Shown: positions 18,261 through 28,152, counted from the stretch's first letter. The stretch is 64,000 bases of DNA from an uncultured delta proteobacterium (GCA_963755705.1 CAVWKW010000003.1:769930-833929), one strand, 5' to 3'. Translations and numbers: made by a program. The notes: generated from the sequence alone by a model not told the origin.

Positions 18261-19908
18261 TACCAAGCTCGACGTTGCAGGATGCGGCAGCATGGTGGTC
18301 GATCTCTTCTACCGCGCGCCGCGAATCATCCGCGCCGACGAAAAGACCGTGCTGAGCGCGCACGACTCCGACGGCGCGATCGAGCGCGCACGCGTCGGCG
18401 GCCTGACCCTCAATCATCTCGGATGGGCGCGGGTGCTGGGGCTGCGCACCGGCATCTTCGGAAAAATCGGCGACGACCGGCACGGTGAATTCCTGCGCGC
18501 CGGGATGGACCGCTTCGGAATCGTGCACCACCTGACGCTCGACGGCAGCGCGAGCTCGTTCGCCAACGTGCTGGTCAACTCGGCGGGCAACCGCGCAATC
18601 TACATGGCGCGCGGCGCGACCGCCGAGCTCACGCCCGCTGAAGTCAGGCGCCGCCACGGCGCGTTCATTCGCGCCGCGCATCTGGTATCAACGGAAATTT
18701 CTCAGCTCCCATTGCCAGCCGTGATCGAGATTCTGAAAATCGCGCGCGCGCATTCTATCCCGACGATCCTCGACGTCGATCTGCCGCTCGCCGAGGCGAC
18801 ACCGATGCTCGGGACGCGCGCGGAGCTCGAGCGCGCCATGCGCCTGGCGACGATCCTGAAACCAGCCAAGGCTGCTGCCGCGAGTTTCGCGACCGGCAAG
18901 AACGCGCTCGCGCAGGCGGTGAACATCCGCGCGAAGTACAAAAATAGCGCGGTGATTATCACCCTCGGCGACCAGGGATGCGTCATCGCGGCCAAAGACG
19001 TCGCGTTTGCTGCGCAGGCATTTACGGTCAAGCAGATCGATTCGACCGGCGCGGGCGACGCGTTCCTGGGCGGGCTGCTCGCCGCGCTACGCTGGAATCT
19101 GCCGTGGGACAAGGCCGTCAGGCTCGCCAACGCGGCCGGCGCAGTCTGCGTTACGCAGCTCGGCGCGTTCCCCGACAGCTTCGAGCTGCGCGCGAGAATC
19201 GAAAAGCTCTACGGCGAGCCGCTTCCAGCGCCGCGCGCGATCGCTCCCGACGTGCGCCCGCCCTCACCCGCCGAGCAGGCCCGGCGCGAGGTTCGCGAGA
19301 TCGATCGCTTCTTCGTGCAATCGCTCGACGAGTTGACGACGCTGCATCGCGCTCTCGACCTTGACGCTATCGCTCGCGCGGTCGAGATGATTCGCGCTGC
19401 CCAGGCGCGGGGCGGACGCGTTCACGTGACGGGAGTGGGCAAGCCCGAACACGTGGCGCGCTACGCGGCCAGCCTGTTCTGCTCTGTCGGCACGCCCGCA
19501 ACTTTTCTGCACGCGACCGAAACGCTGCACGGCAGCCTGGGCCAGGTGCATCCGCACGACGTCGTAATCGCGATCTCGAACAGTGGCAACACCAGCGAGC
19601 TCACGACCGCGGCGACGGCGATCAAGGATCAGGGCGCGGACATAATCGCGGTCACTGGAAATCGCGACTCCGACCTCGCGAACCTGGCCGACCTGGTTAT
19701 GTACGCGCCCGTCGGCCACGAGGGCGGCGGACTCGGCCTTGCGCCGCGCATCAGCGTGCTGGCGGAAGTGTTCGTGCTGGCGGGATTGTCGGTCGCGCTC
19801 GAAGTCGCGCGCGGCTTGACGGTCGAAGAATACAGCCGCTTTCATCCTGCAGGCGCGCTGGGTGAAACCGCGCGCCGGATGGCGAACCCACCGCGGCGCG
19901 CACGCTAG
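18253..19908 (+). CDS. Bifunctional-looking PfkB-family carbohydrate kinase fused to a C-terminal SIS phosphosugar-binding/isomerase domain
   Basis: The ATG at 18253 overlaps the upstream stop (ATGCCTGA). The protein carries the PfkB signature DSTGAGDAFLGGLLAAL. Its C-terminal ~190 aa carry SIS motifs (HVTGVGKPEHVA...VIAISNSGNTSEL...ADIIAVTGN). Confidence 0.7.
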   Translation: MPDTKLDVAGCGSMVVDLFYRAPRIIRADEKTVLSAHDSDGAIERARVGGLTLNHLGWARVLGLRTGIFGKIGDDRHGEFLRAGMDRFGIVHHLTLDGSASSFANVLVNSAGNRAIYMARGATAELTPAEVRRRHGAFIRAAHLVSTEISQLPLPAVIEILKIARAHSIPTILDVDLPLAEATPMLGTRAELERAMRLATILKPAKAAAASFATGKNALAQAVNIRAKYKNSAVIITLGDQGCVIAAKDVAFAAQAFTVKQIDSTGAGDAFLGGLLAALRWNLPWDKAVRLANAAGAVCVTQLGAFPDSFELRARIEKLYGEPLPAPRAIAPDVRPPSPAEQARREVREIDRFFVQSLDELTTLHRALDLDAIARAVEMIRAAQARGGRVHVTGVGKPEHVARYAASLFCSVGTPATFLHATETLHGSLGQVHPHDVVIAISNSGNTSELTTAATAIKDQGADIIAVTGNRDSDLANLADLVMYAPVGHEGGGLGLAPRISVLAEVFVLAGLSVALEVARGLTVEEYSRFHPAGALGETARRMANPPRRAR

Positions 19909-19922
19909 GAACACGGCCCGAA

Positions 19923-20696
19923 TTACTTTCCAGTAAACTTCGGCGCGCGCTTTTGCTGAAACGCGCCGATTCCTTCCTTGTAATCCCCGGTGCGTCCCGC
20001 AACTCCTTGCGCGCGCGCCTCGCACTTCAACACCGCGAGCAGCCCAAGCCCCTCCTCATCGATACGCCGGACGATCCGCCTCGATTCCATGAACGCGGCG
20101 GTAGGTCCGTTCGCGACTTGTGCCGCGACCGCCCGCGCGTGCTCGAGGACTTTGTCTTTCGGCATACTGACGTTGACCAGCCCCCATGCGGCGGCCTCTG
20201 CGCCGGAAAGTAAACGGCCGGTATAGATCAATTCGAGCGCTCGATGCGTCCCGAGCCGCGAGACGAAAAACGAATGGCCGCCCGAATCGAGCACCGCGCC
20301 AATTCGCGCGAACGGCGAGCCGATCTTCGCGTCGTCGGCGATATAAACCACGTCGCAGCCGAGCGCGAGTCCCAGTCCAAGGCCCAGGCAAGCGCCGTGC
20401 ACGGCAGCGAATGTTGGAGCGGGAAAAAGCGCGAGGCGCTTGATCAGAGGATTGGCGACGCGTTCCAGAATTTCCTCGCCGTCCTCATTGCCGGGGGCGG
20501 CATCCGCCAGATCGCGCCCGGCGCAGAAACCCGCGCCCTCGCCCCGCAGCAGCATCGCGCGCACTCCCTCGCGCTCGGCGCCATCGAGGACCTCGCCCAG
20601 TTCGGCCGCCATCGCGTCGTTCACGGCGTTGAGTTTGTCGGGACGATTAAGAACGATCTCGGCAACCGAACCGGTGATACGAAGATCGACAGCCAT
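19923..20696 (-). CDS. Enoyl-CoA hydratase/isomerase (crotonase) family protein
   Basis: Crotonase fold motifs (IVLNRPDKLNAV, GEGAGFCAGRDL, AAVHGACLGLGLGLAL). Confidence 0.8.
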   Translation of the reverse strand: MAVDLRITGSVAEIVLNRPDKLNAVNDAMAAELGEVLDGAEREGVRAMLLRGEGAGFCAGRDLADAAPGNEDGEEILERVANPLIKRLALFPAPTFAAVHGACLGLGLGLALGCDVVYIADDAKIGSPFARIGAVLDSGGHSFFVSRLGTHRALELIYTGRLLSGAEAAAWGLVNVSMPKDKVLEHARAVAAQVANGPTAAFMESRRIVRRIDEEGLGLLAVLKCEARAQGVAGRTGDYKEGIGAFQQKRAPKFTGK

Positions 20697-20732
20697 CGCG
20701 CTACCTCTTGCGACGCGGGAAATTCTCGATGA

Positions 20733-21755
20733 TCAAAACACTGGAATAATATCTTCCGCCGTAATGTCGCCGACGTCAACGCCTTCGATATCCAGTTCCG
20801 GAATCGCAGGGAACGCGATGCCCCATCGCTCGACCAGTTTGCGCACCCGCGCGATCGCGAGCTTCCAGTTATCCGCCTGCTGCTCGTACGTCAAAATACC
20901 GAGACCGGCCTCGCGCGCGACGCGCAGCAGAATCCGATGGTTGTGCAGGAAATATTCGGGCAGATCCCAGAACTGATTCGGCGGCTCCCACAGCACCATC
21001 GAGAGGAACACGAACCCTGCGCGCAGTTGCTTGGTGATGAAGGTGCGGTCCACATCAGTCAGGCCCGGCCACTGCTTCTCGAGCAGGTTGATGCAGATTT
21101 GGAGATGGCGCGCCTCGTCGCGGCCGATGCAGGTGAAGATTTCGCGGAACACCGGATGCGTGGTCGCGCGCGACATTCCGTGAAACAAGGTCGAGGACGC
21201 GACCTCGCCCATCATGAACGAGGTGAAAATGATCGCGAGCGGATATTTCTCGATCGCGCGGTTGTATCCGGTCCAGTAGCGTCCACCATTGTGATAGAGC
21301 CATCCGATATTGTTGAGCGCGACGCGCTGCAGCTCGCTCGCCGGCGCGAAGCCCTGCGGACCGCCCGGCACCAGGCGCTGGATCACCCGCTGGCAGCATT
21401 CCTCGTGATTGGTCTCGTCGCGCGTAATCGAGAAGAAGCATTTGCGGATCGGATCTTCCTCGTGCGTCTCGAAGGCGCGAATCATCGCGCGCGCGAACAC
21501 TGCCGGTCCCGACGAATCGAAGTTCGAGAGCAGCGCCCACCAGTACATGATCGCGACTTTCTCATCGTCGCTCCACGCCTCGGGCGAGAGCTGTTCCCAC
21601 GCGATATCGGCCGGGTTGAAGCCCTCGACCTTGGCGCGTTCGTAGATTTCGCGCAGCTTGGGCGTCTCGCAGCGCCATTCCATCGGAAAAATATTCGGCT
21701 GCTCAACTTCCGGCGCCGCAACCAATCCGCCAAGCGGAATAATGAATTCGCTCAT
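20733..21755 (-). CDS. Ferritin-like diiron oxygenase (AurF/PaaA/BoxB-like superfamily), function unknown
   Basis: Two E-x-x-H iron-ligand motifs (RDETNHEE and GRDEARHL) sit about 100 residues apart, the diiron-carboxylate signature. The start is taken at MSEFII, which has an AGAGG RBS. The maximal ORF begins 7 codons earlier. Confidence 0.55.
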   Translation of the reverse strand: MSEFIIPLGGLVAAPEVEQPNIFPMEWRCETPKLREIYERAKVEGFNPADIAWEQLSPEAWSDDEKVAIMYWWALLSNFDSSGPAVFARAMIRAFETHEEDPIRKCFFSITRDETNHEECCQRVIQRLVPGGPQGFAPASELQRVALNNIGWLYHNGGRYWTGYNRAIEKYPLAIIFTSFMMGEVASSTLFHGMSRATTHPVFREIFTCIGRDEARHLQICINLLEKQWPGLTDVDRTFITKQLRAGFVFLSMVLWEPPNQFWDLPEYFLHNHRILLRVAREAGLGILTYEQQADNWKLAIARVRKLVERWGIAFPAIPELDIEGVDVGDITAEDIIPVF

Positions 21756-21802
21756 CGCGCTGTTGCCTCTATCCAAGGTTTATCAACCATTCGGTAGGTA
21801 AA

Positions 21803-22410
21803 TCAAGCGCCGCGCGAGCGCTTGCTTTTCAGGCCTTCGAACGCGAGCCGGAACACCGCCTCGACGATATCCTGCGCACCCAGCTCGCCGCCGGGCCGGT
21901 ACCATTCGGTGATCGAGTTGAGCATCCCGAACAGCAGCCGCGTCGCCAGCCGCGGATCGATATCGCGGCGGAACTCGCCGGCGCGCTGCGCGCGCGCGAA
22001 ATGGCGCGCCACCAGATGATCGAACGCGCGCCGGCGCTCGACAATCGCCTTCTCCGCGCGAGTGTTGCCGCGCACCCGCAAGAGCAGCGCCACCTCGGGC
22101 CGCATCACGACCGTGATCTCGATCGTGCGCCGCACGATATACCGAAGCCGCGCCTCGGCGCTGCCCTGCTTCGCCCCCGGCTCGTGCATCGCCGCGTCCA
22201 ATGCGTCGAACGCGCGTCCGACGCCGCGCGCGAGCAGGTCCTCTTTGCTGCGAACGTGGTAGTAGATGCTGGCCTTGGTGATTCCGGCCGCGCGCGCGAC
22301 GTCGTCGAGTGACGCTCCGTCGTAGCCGCGCTCCAGGAATACCCGCACTGCGACATCCGCGATCGCTTCGCTGTTATAGGGCCTGCGCTCCTTGGCCGAT
22401 GGTCTCCCCA
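21803..22410 (-). CDS. TetR/AcrR family transcriptional regulator
   Basis: HTH SLDDVARAAGITKASIYYHVRSKEDLL. The maximal ORF would overlap the divergent LLM gene start, so I truncate to a candidate TTG start at 22410. The start is uncertain. Confidence 0.65.
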
Positions 22411-22505
22411 AACGATCGTCCTCCCGCGTGATGCAGTTTGACGCGGCCTCGCGATGCTTGCCAGTCTTGCGGTGAACCCCGAATGCGCTCGCGGCGAGGT
22501 GTCGA

Positions 22506-23333
22506 ATGAAATACGGAATCGCAATTCGTAACATGGGTCCGCAATCTTCGCGCGCGGCGATACGCGCGTGTGCCAGCGTTGCTGAACAGGCGGGCTTCGA
22601 TGCGATCTTCGTCTCTGATCATTTATGCATCCCACCCGACCAGACCGAGGGCTCCGGCGGCCGCTATCTTGATGTGCTGACGACGCTCGCGTGGCTCGCC
22701 GGCGCGACCGAATGCATCCGGCTCGGAGTTTCGGTGCTGGTGCTCCCGTACCGCCCCGCGGTGCTGACCGCGAAACAAATAGCGACCATCCAGGAGCTTT
22801 CCGGCGGCAGGATGATTCTCGGCGTCGGGGTCGGATGGATGAAGCCCGAGTTTGAGGCGCTGGGCGTCGATATGAAAAAGCGCGGCGCGCTTACGACCGA
22901 GACGCTGCGGGTGTTCCGTCATCTGTTCGACGTTTCCGAGCCCGCGCCGTTCACCGGAGAACTGGTGAACTTCCCGGCGTTCGTGTTCGAGCCGCGCGCT
23001 TCACGGCCGCCAATCTGGATCGGCGGCGGAGGAGCTAACGCGATTAAGCGGGTGCTCGAGTTCGGCGACGGATGGCATCCGATGCAGCGCGCGGCAGAAC
23101 TTAAACCACTGGTTGAAGATCTACGATCGAAGATGCGCGACGCCGGACGGCCCGATCCCGAAATAATCGTGCGCCGCGGCATGAAGCTCGACGATATATC
23201 CGCCGCCCGCGCCCGGCTCGACGCAGAGGCCAACGCCGGCGCGACCTACTTCATTCTCGACCTCGGCCGCTACGCCGACGACCGCGAATTCGCCCGCGCG
23301 GCAGAGACCTTCATCGGCAAGGTGGCGCACTGA
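22506..23333 (+). CDS. LLM-class (luciferase-like) F420/flavin-dependent oxidoreductase
   Basis: Luciferase-like TIM-barrel motifs (FDAIFVSDHL, LGVGVGWMKPEFEALG). 275 aa. Confidence 0.7.
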   Translation: MKYGIAIRNMGPQSSRAAIRACASVAEQAGFDAIFVSDHLCIPPDQTEGSGGRYLDVLTTLAWLAGATECIRLGVSVLVLPYRPAVLTAKQIATIQELSGGRMILGVGVGWMKPEFEALGVDMKKRGALTTETLRVFRHLFDVSEPAPFTGELVNFPAFVFEPRASRPPIWIGGGGANAIKRVLEFGDGWHPMQRAAELKPLVEDLRSKMRDAGRPDPEIIVRRGMKLDDISAARARLDAEANAGATYFILDLGRYADDREFARAAETFIGKVAH

Positions 23334-23509
23334 ACATCGTTCTTAGGCGGCTTTGCGTTACCGCTCGTATCGCGAAGTAGGACAACAGCTCCGTCGGAGT
23401 GAGGCTAGAAGGCGCGTTTTTCGCTTCGCACTGCGCGTATCGCGAGGAATCTCGCCGATCGCGAAGGCAGCCCGCTCGAATGAGCAACCGAACGGTCTGG
23501 CCGCCGATG

Positions 23510-24751
23510 TCAGATCACTTTCTCGCGCTTGAGAGCTTCGATCTCGTCCGGCGCCATCTCCAAGAGGTCGCCGTAGATGCGCGCGTTGTCGGCGCCGACG
23601 GTGACCGACCCGCGCACAATTTTTCCCGGTGTCAGTGAGAACTTCGGCGCGATACCGATGCCCTTCACTTTGCCGACGTGCGGATCTTCCCACTCGATGT
23701 GCATCTCGCGCGCGCGATACTGTGGGTCCTGCGCGGCGTCCTTGCTCGACATGATCTGCGAGCACGGAACCTTGCCCTCCGCCATCGCGTGAACCACCTG
23801 CGCGACCGTGCGTTCGCCGACCCATCCGCGCAGCATCGCGTCGAACTCGATTCCTTCGATCGATTCGAGATTCACGCGCGCGCTTTGCCATTTCGGATCC
23901 ACCGGATCCAGGCCGATCACGCGCACGATTCGATCGTAAACCTCGCCGAGCGCGCCCAGCACGACCCATCCGTCGCTCGCCTGAAAGCTATCGAGCGGCT
24001 GAAAGCCCTGCGCGCGATTGCCCGAGCGTTCGCGCACGATCCCTTGCTGAAAATACTCGAGCATCGTGCCGCCCATCGTTTTGTGAATCGCCTCGTACTG
24101 CGCAACGTCAATCGCCTGGCCCTTGCCAGTCAAGCGTGCGTAGGTGAGCCCCGCCAGCGACGACCACAGCGTGAACAGCGCAGTGATATAGTCGCCCGTC
24201 CACGGAGCGGCGCGCGTGGGCGGCGTCGGATCAGGATATCCCGTCTGGTACATCATTCCGGCCACCGCCTGTCCGACGATGTCGTACGAGGCGCGTGTGA
24301 CGTAATCGGGATCTCCGGTCTGGCCGAATCCGCTCACGTGCGTGATGACGAGTTTCGGATTGAGCTTCCACAGCGTGGCGTCGTCGAGGTTCCACTTCGA
24401 ATAGGTTCCCGGCTTCGAGCTTTCCATCCAGATGTCAGCGCGCGCGGCGAGCTTCAGAAAGATCTCGCGGCCACGCGGCTTGGAAAGATCGAGCGTGACG
24501 CAAAAAATGTTGCGGCGTTCCTGCACCCACGTGGTGGCGACCGGAGGAGTGCCGTCATGGGTCGGGAGCCGAATCCCGATATTGCGCCATCCGGTGTCGC
24601 CTGCGCCCGGGCGCTCGATCTGAATCACCTCGGCGCCCATCTCGGCTGCGAGTTCAGCGGCGAACGGTTGCGCGATCAGCGTGCCGGTCGAGACGATTTT
24701 TACACCCTGCAAAGGACCAAATGCTTCCGGGACAAGAGTCTTCTCTGGCAT
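23510..24751 (-). CDS. CoA-transferase family III protein (CaiB/BaiF-like)
   Basis: Starts at MPEKTL, with GGAG upstream. The N-terminus LQGVKIVSTGTLIAQPFAAELAAEMGAEVIQIERP is the typical family-III Rossmann opening. Confidence 0.8.
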   Translation of the reverse strand: MPEKTLVPEAFGPLQGVKIVSTGTLIAQPFAAELAAEMGAEVIQIERPGAGDTGWRNIGIRLPTHDGTPPVATTWVQERRNIFCVTLDLSKPRGREIFLKLAARADIWMESSKPGTYSKWNLDDATLWKLNPKLVITHVSGFGQTGDPDYVTRASYDIVGQAVAGMMYQTGYPDPTPPTRAAPWTGDYITALFTLWSSLAGLTYARLTGKGQAIDVAQYEAIHKTMGGTMLEYFQQGIVRERSGNRAQGFQPLDSFQASDGWVVLGALGEVYDRIVRVIGLDPVDPKWQSARVNLESIEGIEFDAMLRGWVGERTVAQVVHAMAEGKVPCSQIMSSKDAAQDPQYRAREMHIEWEDPHVGKVKGIGIAPKFSLTPGKIVRGSVTVGADNARIYGDLLEMAPDEIEALKREKVI

Positions 24752-24958
24752 TAATACTCCGATAGAGGTGGCTGCATCGGTCACGATCATGCCGTGAGCC
24801 CGCCCGAGTCTGCAACTGGCGCAGCACAAGGGCTGCATGGAGCCATCCACGGTGCGGATTTTACGTGGCGACGCGGCGGGTTATTATAATTATTGGCAAA
24901 GCATATGTTGGGTGCACTGGTTTTGTGAGAATGCGATGAGCGCGAGGATCCGATCGGA

Positions 24959-26242
24959 ATGAACAGCTCCATAAATCGCCGCGACCTTTTCAACAAGGCG
25001 CTCGCTGGCCTGCTTGGCGGCGCGCTCGGATGGCTGCCGGTCGAGCTCGTCAGCCACGGGCATAGTCTGACCGAACAGATCTCGAGTTTTGACGCCGCGA
25101 TGTCTTACGTCGCGATGGCGATTCTATCGGGCCTGATCGGCGGATTTATTCTCGCGGTCGGCAGCCAGCAAATCGAATGGAATCCGGCCACGCGCAACAA
25201 TCTAATCCGTGGCTTTTTCGTCTGCCTGCTGCTGGCGCTGCCCGCGGACTATTTCTCGAACTACATTTTCAGCGCGATGTTGAGTTTCGGCGGCTGGAGC
25301 CTGGGGCATCCGGGGTCAGGCTTCTTCCTGTTCCTGGGGCGCGTGCTGAGCTGGGTGATCATGGCGACGATTCTCGGCGCGGGCGTGGGCCTCGCGTCGC
25401 TGTCGATGCCGAATATCGCCAAGGGCGCACTGGGCGGATTCATCGGAGGATTTGCCGGCGGAGTGTTGTTCGATCCGATAAACCAGATTACCGGCGGAGG
25501 ATTGTGGTCGCGGCTCATCGGACTTAGCCTCATCGGTTTCTTTATCGGCTTGTTCATCGGACTGGTGCAGGAGCTGACCAAGGTCGCGTGGCTGACTGTC
25601 GAACAAGGACGGCTGCGCGGACGCCAGTTCAGAGTCGAGGGCGCGCGCGCCACCATTGGCCGCGCCGAGGAAAACCCCATCGGGCTGTTCGGCGATCCTG
25701 CGGTGCAGCAGCGCCACGCGGTGATCGAACGGCGCGGCCCGGACTTCGTGCTGAAGGGCCTCGCGATCCAGGATGGCACTTTCGTCAACGGACAGCGGGT
25801 CGAGAGCACTGACTTGCACGACGGCGATAAGATCCGCGTCGGCGGTTACGAGCTGATGTTCCATCTGCGGCAGGGCTCCGCGGCCTCGGCATCTGCCGCT
25901 CATGCGCAGCCCGCGGCCGCGGTTCGCGTCGAGTCGCACGTCGCGGCGCCGGGTCCGCAGATGAACGGCCCGGCGCTCGAAGATGCGTCCGGCCAGCGCC
26001 ATTCGTTGCGCGCAAATGGAGCTACCAGCCTTGGCCGCGCGCTGGACAACGATATCGTGGTGAACCATTCGTCGGTCTCACGCCATCACGCAACTGTGGT
26101 GGGCTCCGGCGGCGGATTCGAACTCAGAGATTTAAACAGCCAGAATGGAACCTTTGTCGCAGACCGCCGAATCACGCAGGCGCCTCTCGCCGACGGCGAT
26201 TCGTTCCGGCTCGGACAGGCGCCGTTTACCTTCCGTGCCTGA
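24959..26242 (+). CDS. Polytopic membrane protein with two C-terminal FHA domains
   Basis: The N-terminus (NRRDLFNKALAGLLGG) is followed by about five Gly-rich hydrophobic segments. Two FHA modules follow (GRAEENPIGLFGD...HAVIERRG...NGQRV and LGRALDNDIVVNHSSVSRHHATV...SQNGTFV). Confidence 0.7.
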   Translation: MNSSINRRDLFNKALAGLLGGALGWLPVELVSHGHSLTEQISSFDAAMSYVAMAILSGLIGGFILAVGSQQIEWNPATRNNLIRGFFVCLLLALPADYFSNYIFSAMLSFGGWSLGHPGSGFFLFLGRVLSWVIMATILGAGVGLASLSMPNIAKGALGGFIGGFAGGVLFDPINQITGGGLWSRLIGLSLIGFFIGLFIGLVQELTKVAWLTVEQGRLRGRQFRVEGARATIGRAEENPIGLFGDPAVQQRHAVIERRGPDFVLKGLAIQDGTFVNGQRVESTDLHDGDKIRVGGYELMFHLRQGSAASASAAHAQPAAAVRVESHVAAPGPQMNGPALEDASGQRHSLRANGATSLGRALDNDIVVNHSSVSRHHATVVGSGGGFELRDLNSQNGTFVADRRITQAPLADGDSFRLGQAPFTFRA

Positions 26243-26639
26243 TCCGCAACTCGATCAGCCGCGTTTCTGTTCGCGATGCGGCCAGCCGATCGTCGTCGCC
26301 GGCGCGAAGTTCTGCAAGGATTGCGGCGCGCCTGTCGCGGCGACCCAAATTTTCGCTCGCGAGCCGGGCTTCAACCCGATCGTCGCGTTCGTACTGAGCG
26401 TGATTCCGGGACTGGGACAGGTTTACAAAGGGCGCGTGACGCGCGGCGTCATCTGGTTCTGCGCCGTGATTCTGGCTTACGCGCTGGGTCCGCTCGGCCC
26501 GATTCTGCACTTTGTTTGCGCCCTGAATGCGGCGTTGCAGGGCTCGCTGCGCGACGACCGCGTAACCAGACCGCGCATCAGGCGTCGCGGACGCGGCCAG
26601 CACGGAATCGCAGCTCCGTCGGACACATGGCGCTACTGA
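26235..26639 (+). CDS. Small zinc-ribbon + TM2-like membrane domain protein
   Basis: Contains CSRCGQ...FCKDCGAP (a C4 zinc ribbon) followed by VLSVIPGLGQVYKGRVTRGVIWF (a TM2-domain-like motif). There is no in-frame ATG after the FHA gene stop. A GTG at 26235 overlaps the FHA stop by 8 nt. The start is uncertain. Confidence 0.5.
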   Translation: MPDPQLDQPRFCSRCGQPIVVAGAKFCKDCGAPVAATQIFAREPGFNPIVAFVLSVIPGLGQVYKGRVTRGVIWFCAVILAYALGPLGPILHFVCALNAALQGSLRDDRVTRPRIRRRGRGQHGIAAPSDTWRY

Positions 26640-26640
26640 A

Positions 26641-28152
26641 ATGATCGCGCCCAACACCATCGTCGGCGGACGCTACCGCGCGATTCGTCCGCTCGGCGGC
26701 GGCGGAATGAAGATGGTCTATCTGGCCGAGGATTTGCGCCTGGCCTCGCGTCTGTGCGCTCTGGCCGAGATGGTCGATACCTTCACCAGTCCGGAAAAGC
26801 AGCAGGATGCCGTCGCGGCGTTCCAGCGCGAGGCCGACATGCTCGCGACGCTCAGCAACGAGCATATCCCGCGCGTGTTCGATCGCTTCAGCGAAGAGAA
26901 TCGCCATTACCTGGTGATGGAATATATCGAGGGCCAGACCCTCGAGGACCGGCTGCGCGAAAACGACGGCAAGCTCCCCGAGGGCGAAGTGATCGATATC
27001 GCGCTTCAAATCTGCGACACGCTCGCGTACCTGCATAGTCTCTCGCCGCCGGTGATCTATCGCGATCTCAAGCCGTCGAACGTGATGCTGACGGCGAACG
27101 GACAGGTCAAGTTGATCGACTTCGGAATCGCGCGGCACTTCCTGCCGATGCAGAACGCGACGATGATCGGAACGCAGGGCTACGCGCCGCCGGAGCAGTA
27201 TCGCGGGCGGGTCGAGTTCCGCTCCGATCTCTACGCGCTCGCGGCGACGATGCATCATGCGATCTCCGGGCGCGATCCCGCCGCGGAACCTCCCTTCAGC
27301 TTTCCGCCGCTGCGCAGCGCCGCACCGGGAGTTAACCCCGCGCTGGCCGACCTGGTCGATCAGACGCTCAATTACGACGTCGCGCTGCGCCCGCAGGATG
27401 TCGGCGAATTCAAGACGCGGCTTATCGCAATCAAATCGGGAGCGCCGATCGAGCCGCGCGTGGTGACCGCGCCGCAGCCGGCACCTGCGCCGACGACGCT
27501 GAATGAACCGCGCCCGCAGATGCGCCTGCCGCTGGGTCGCTCGGGAGTGCCAGCTTCGTCTTCGGCTCCGACCGTGCTTTCCGATCTCGCGACAATCGAG
27601 TGTCCGCGATGCGGCCGGCAGATCCCCGGGGACTCGCGCTACTGCTCGTTCTGCGCGGCGCCGCTCGGTCACGATCTCGCATCCGTGCGCGAATCGGCGC
27701 AGGCACGGACCGTCGAGCTGGGCGATTTTCCCGGTCCGGCGCCGACGCCCGAGCCGCCGCGACACGACCCCCGCCGCGCGCGCGACTCGCGATTCTATCT
27801 GATTGCACTTGCGGCGCTGTTCGGCGGCGCGTTTCTCCTGACCACCGTGATCGCGCATCTTGCGGTGCCGCCCGCGGAACAGCCGGCGCCGGACGTGAGT
27901 CCGATGCCGATACCGATGCCCGATCTCGACGGCGGCGCGACACCCGAGCAGTTGCAGTTGCTCCGCCGCGAGCTCGACGCCGAGGGCTATAAGGGCGTGC
28001 AGTTCAAGCTCGAGGACGATACGTTGATATTGTGGGGAACGGTTCCGACCGAGTGGGACCGCGCGAATATCCGATGGACCGTGCTGCGCGTCACCGGAAT
28101 TGTGTCGTTAGTTGATCACCTGCAAACCCGCGACGCGTTTAACATGCCATGA
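26641..28152 (+). CDS. Serine/threonine protein kinase (Hanks type) with internal zinc ribbon, TM helix and C-terminal BON-like domain
   Basis: Kinase motifs are GGGGMKMVYLAEDL (P-loop), YRDLKPSNVML and DFGIA. The zinc ribbon is CPRCGRQIPGDSRYCSFCAAP. The TM helix is LIALAALFGGAFLLTTV. The C-terminus YKGVQFKLEDDTLILWGTVPTEWDRANIRWTVLRVTGIVSLVDHL resembles a BON domain. Its ATG overlaps the upstream stop. Confidence 0.85.
   Translation: MIAPNTIVGGRYRAIRPLGGGGMKMVYLAEDLRLASRLCALAEMVDTFTSPEKQQDAVAAFQREADMLATLSNEHIPRVFDRFSEENRHYLVMEYIEGQTLEDRLRENDGKLPEGEVIDIALQICDTLAYLHSLSPPVIYRDLKPSNVMLTANGQVKLIDFGIARHFLPMQNATMIGTQGYAPPEQYRGRVEFRSDLYALAATMHHAISGRDPAAEPPFSFPPLRSAAPGVNPALADLVDQTLNYDVALRPQDVGEFKTRLIAIKSGAPIEPRVVTAPQPAPAPTTLNEPRPQMRLPLGRSGVPASSSAPTVLSDLATIECPRCGRQIPGDSRYCSFCAAPLGHDLASVRESAQARTVELGDFPGPAPTPEPPRHDPRRARDSRFYLIALAALFGGAFLLTTVIAHLAVPPAEQPAPDVSPMPIPMPDLDGGATPEQLQLLRRELDAEGYKGVQFKLEDDTLILWGTVPTEWDRANIRWTVLRVTGIVSLVDHLQTRDAFNMP

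Noticed and set aside
21803-22534. Full-length 243-aa TetR ORF
   Set aside because: Its first 40 codons would overlap the divergent LLM oxidoreductase start at 22506, and the region lies far upstream of the HTH. I truncated it to a candidate TTG at 22410 instead.
26145-26240. ATG-initiated version of the zinc-ribbon/TM2 ORF starting at 26145 inside the FHA gene
   Set aside because: It would overlap the last ~100 nt of the FHA gene in another frame. A GTG at 26235 that overlaps the stop by 8 nt gives the more typical coupled arrangement, though the true start remains uncertain.
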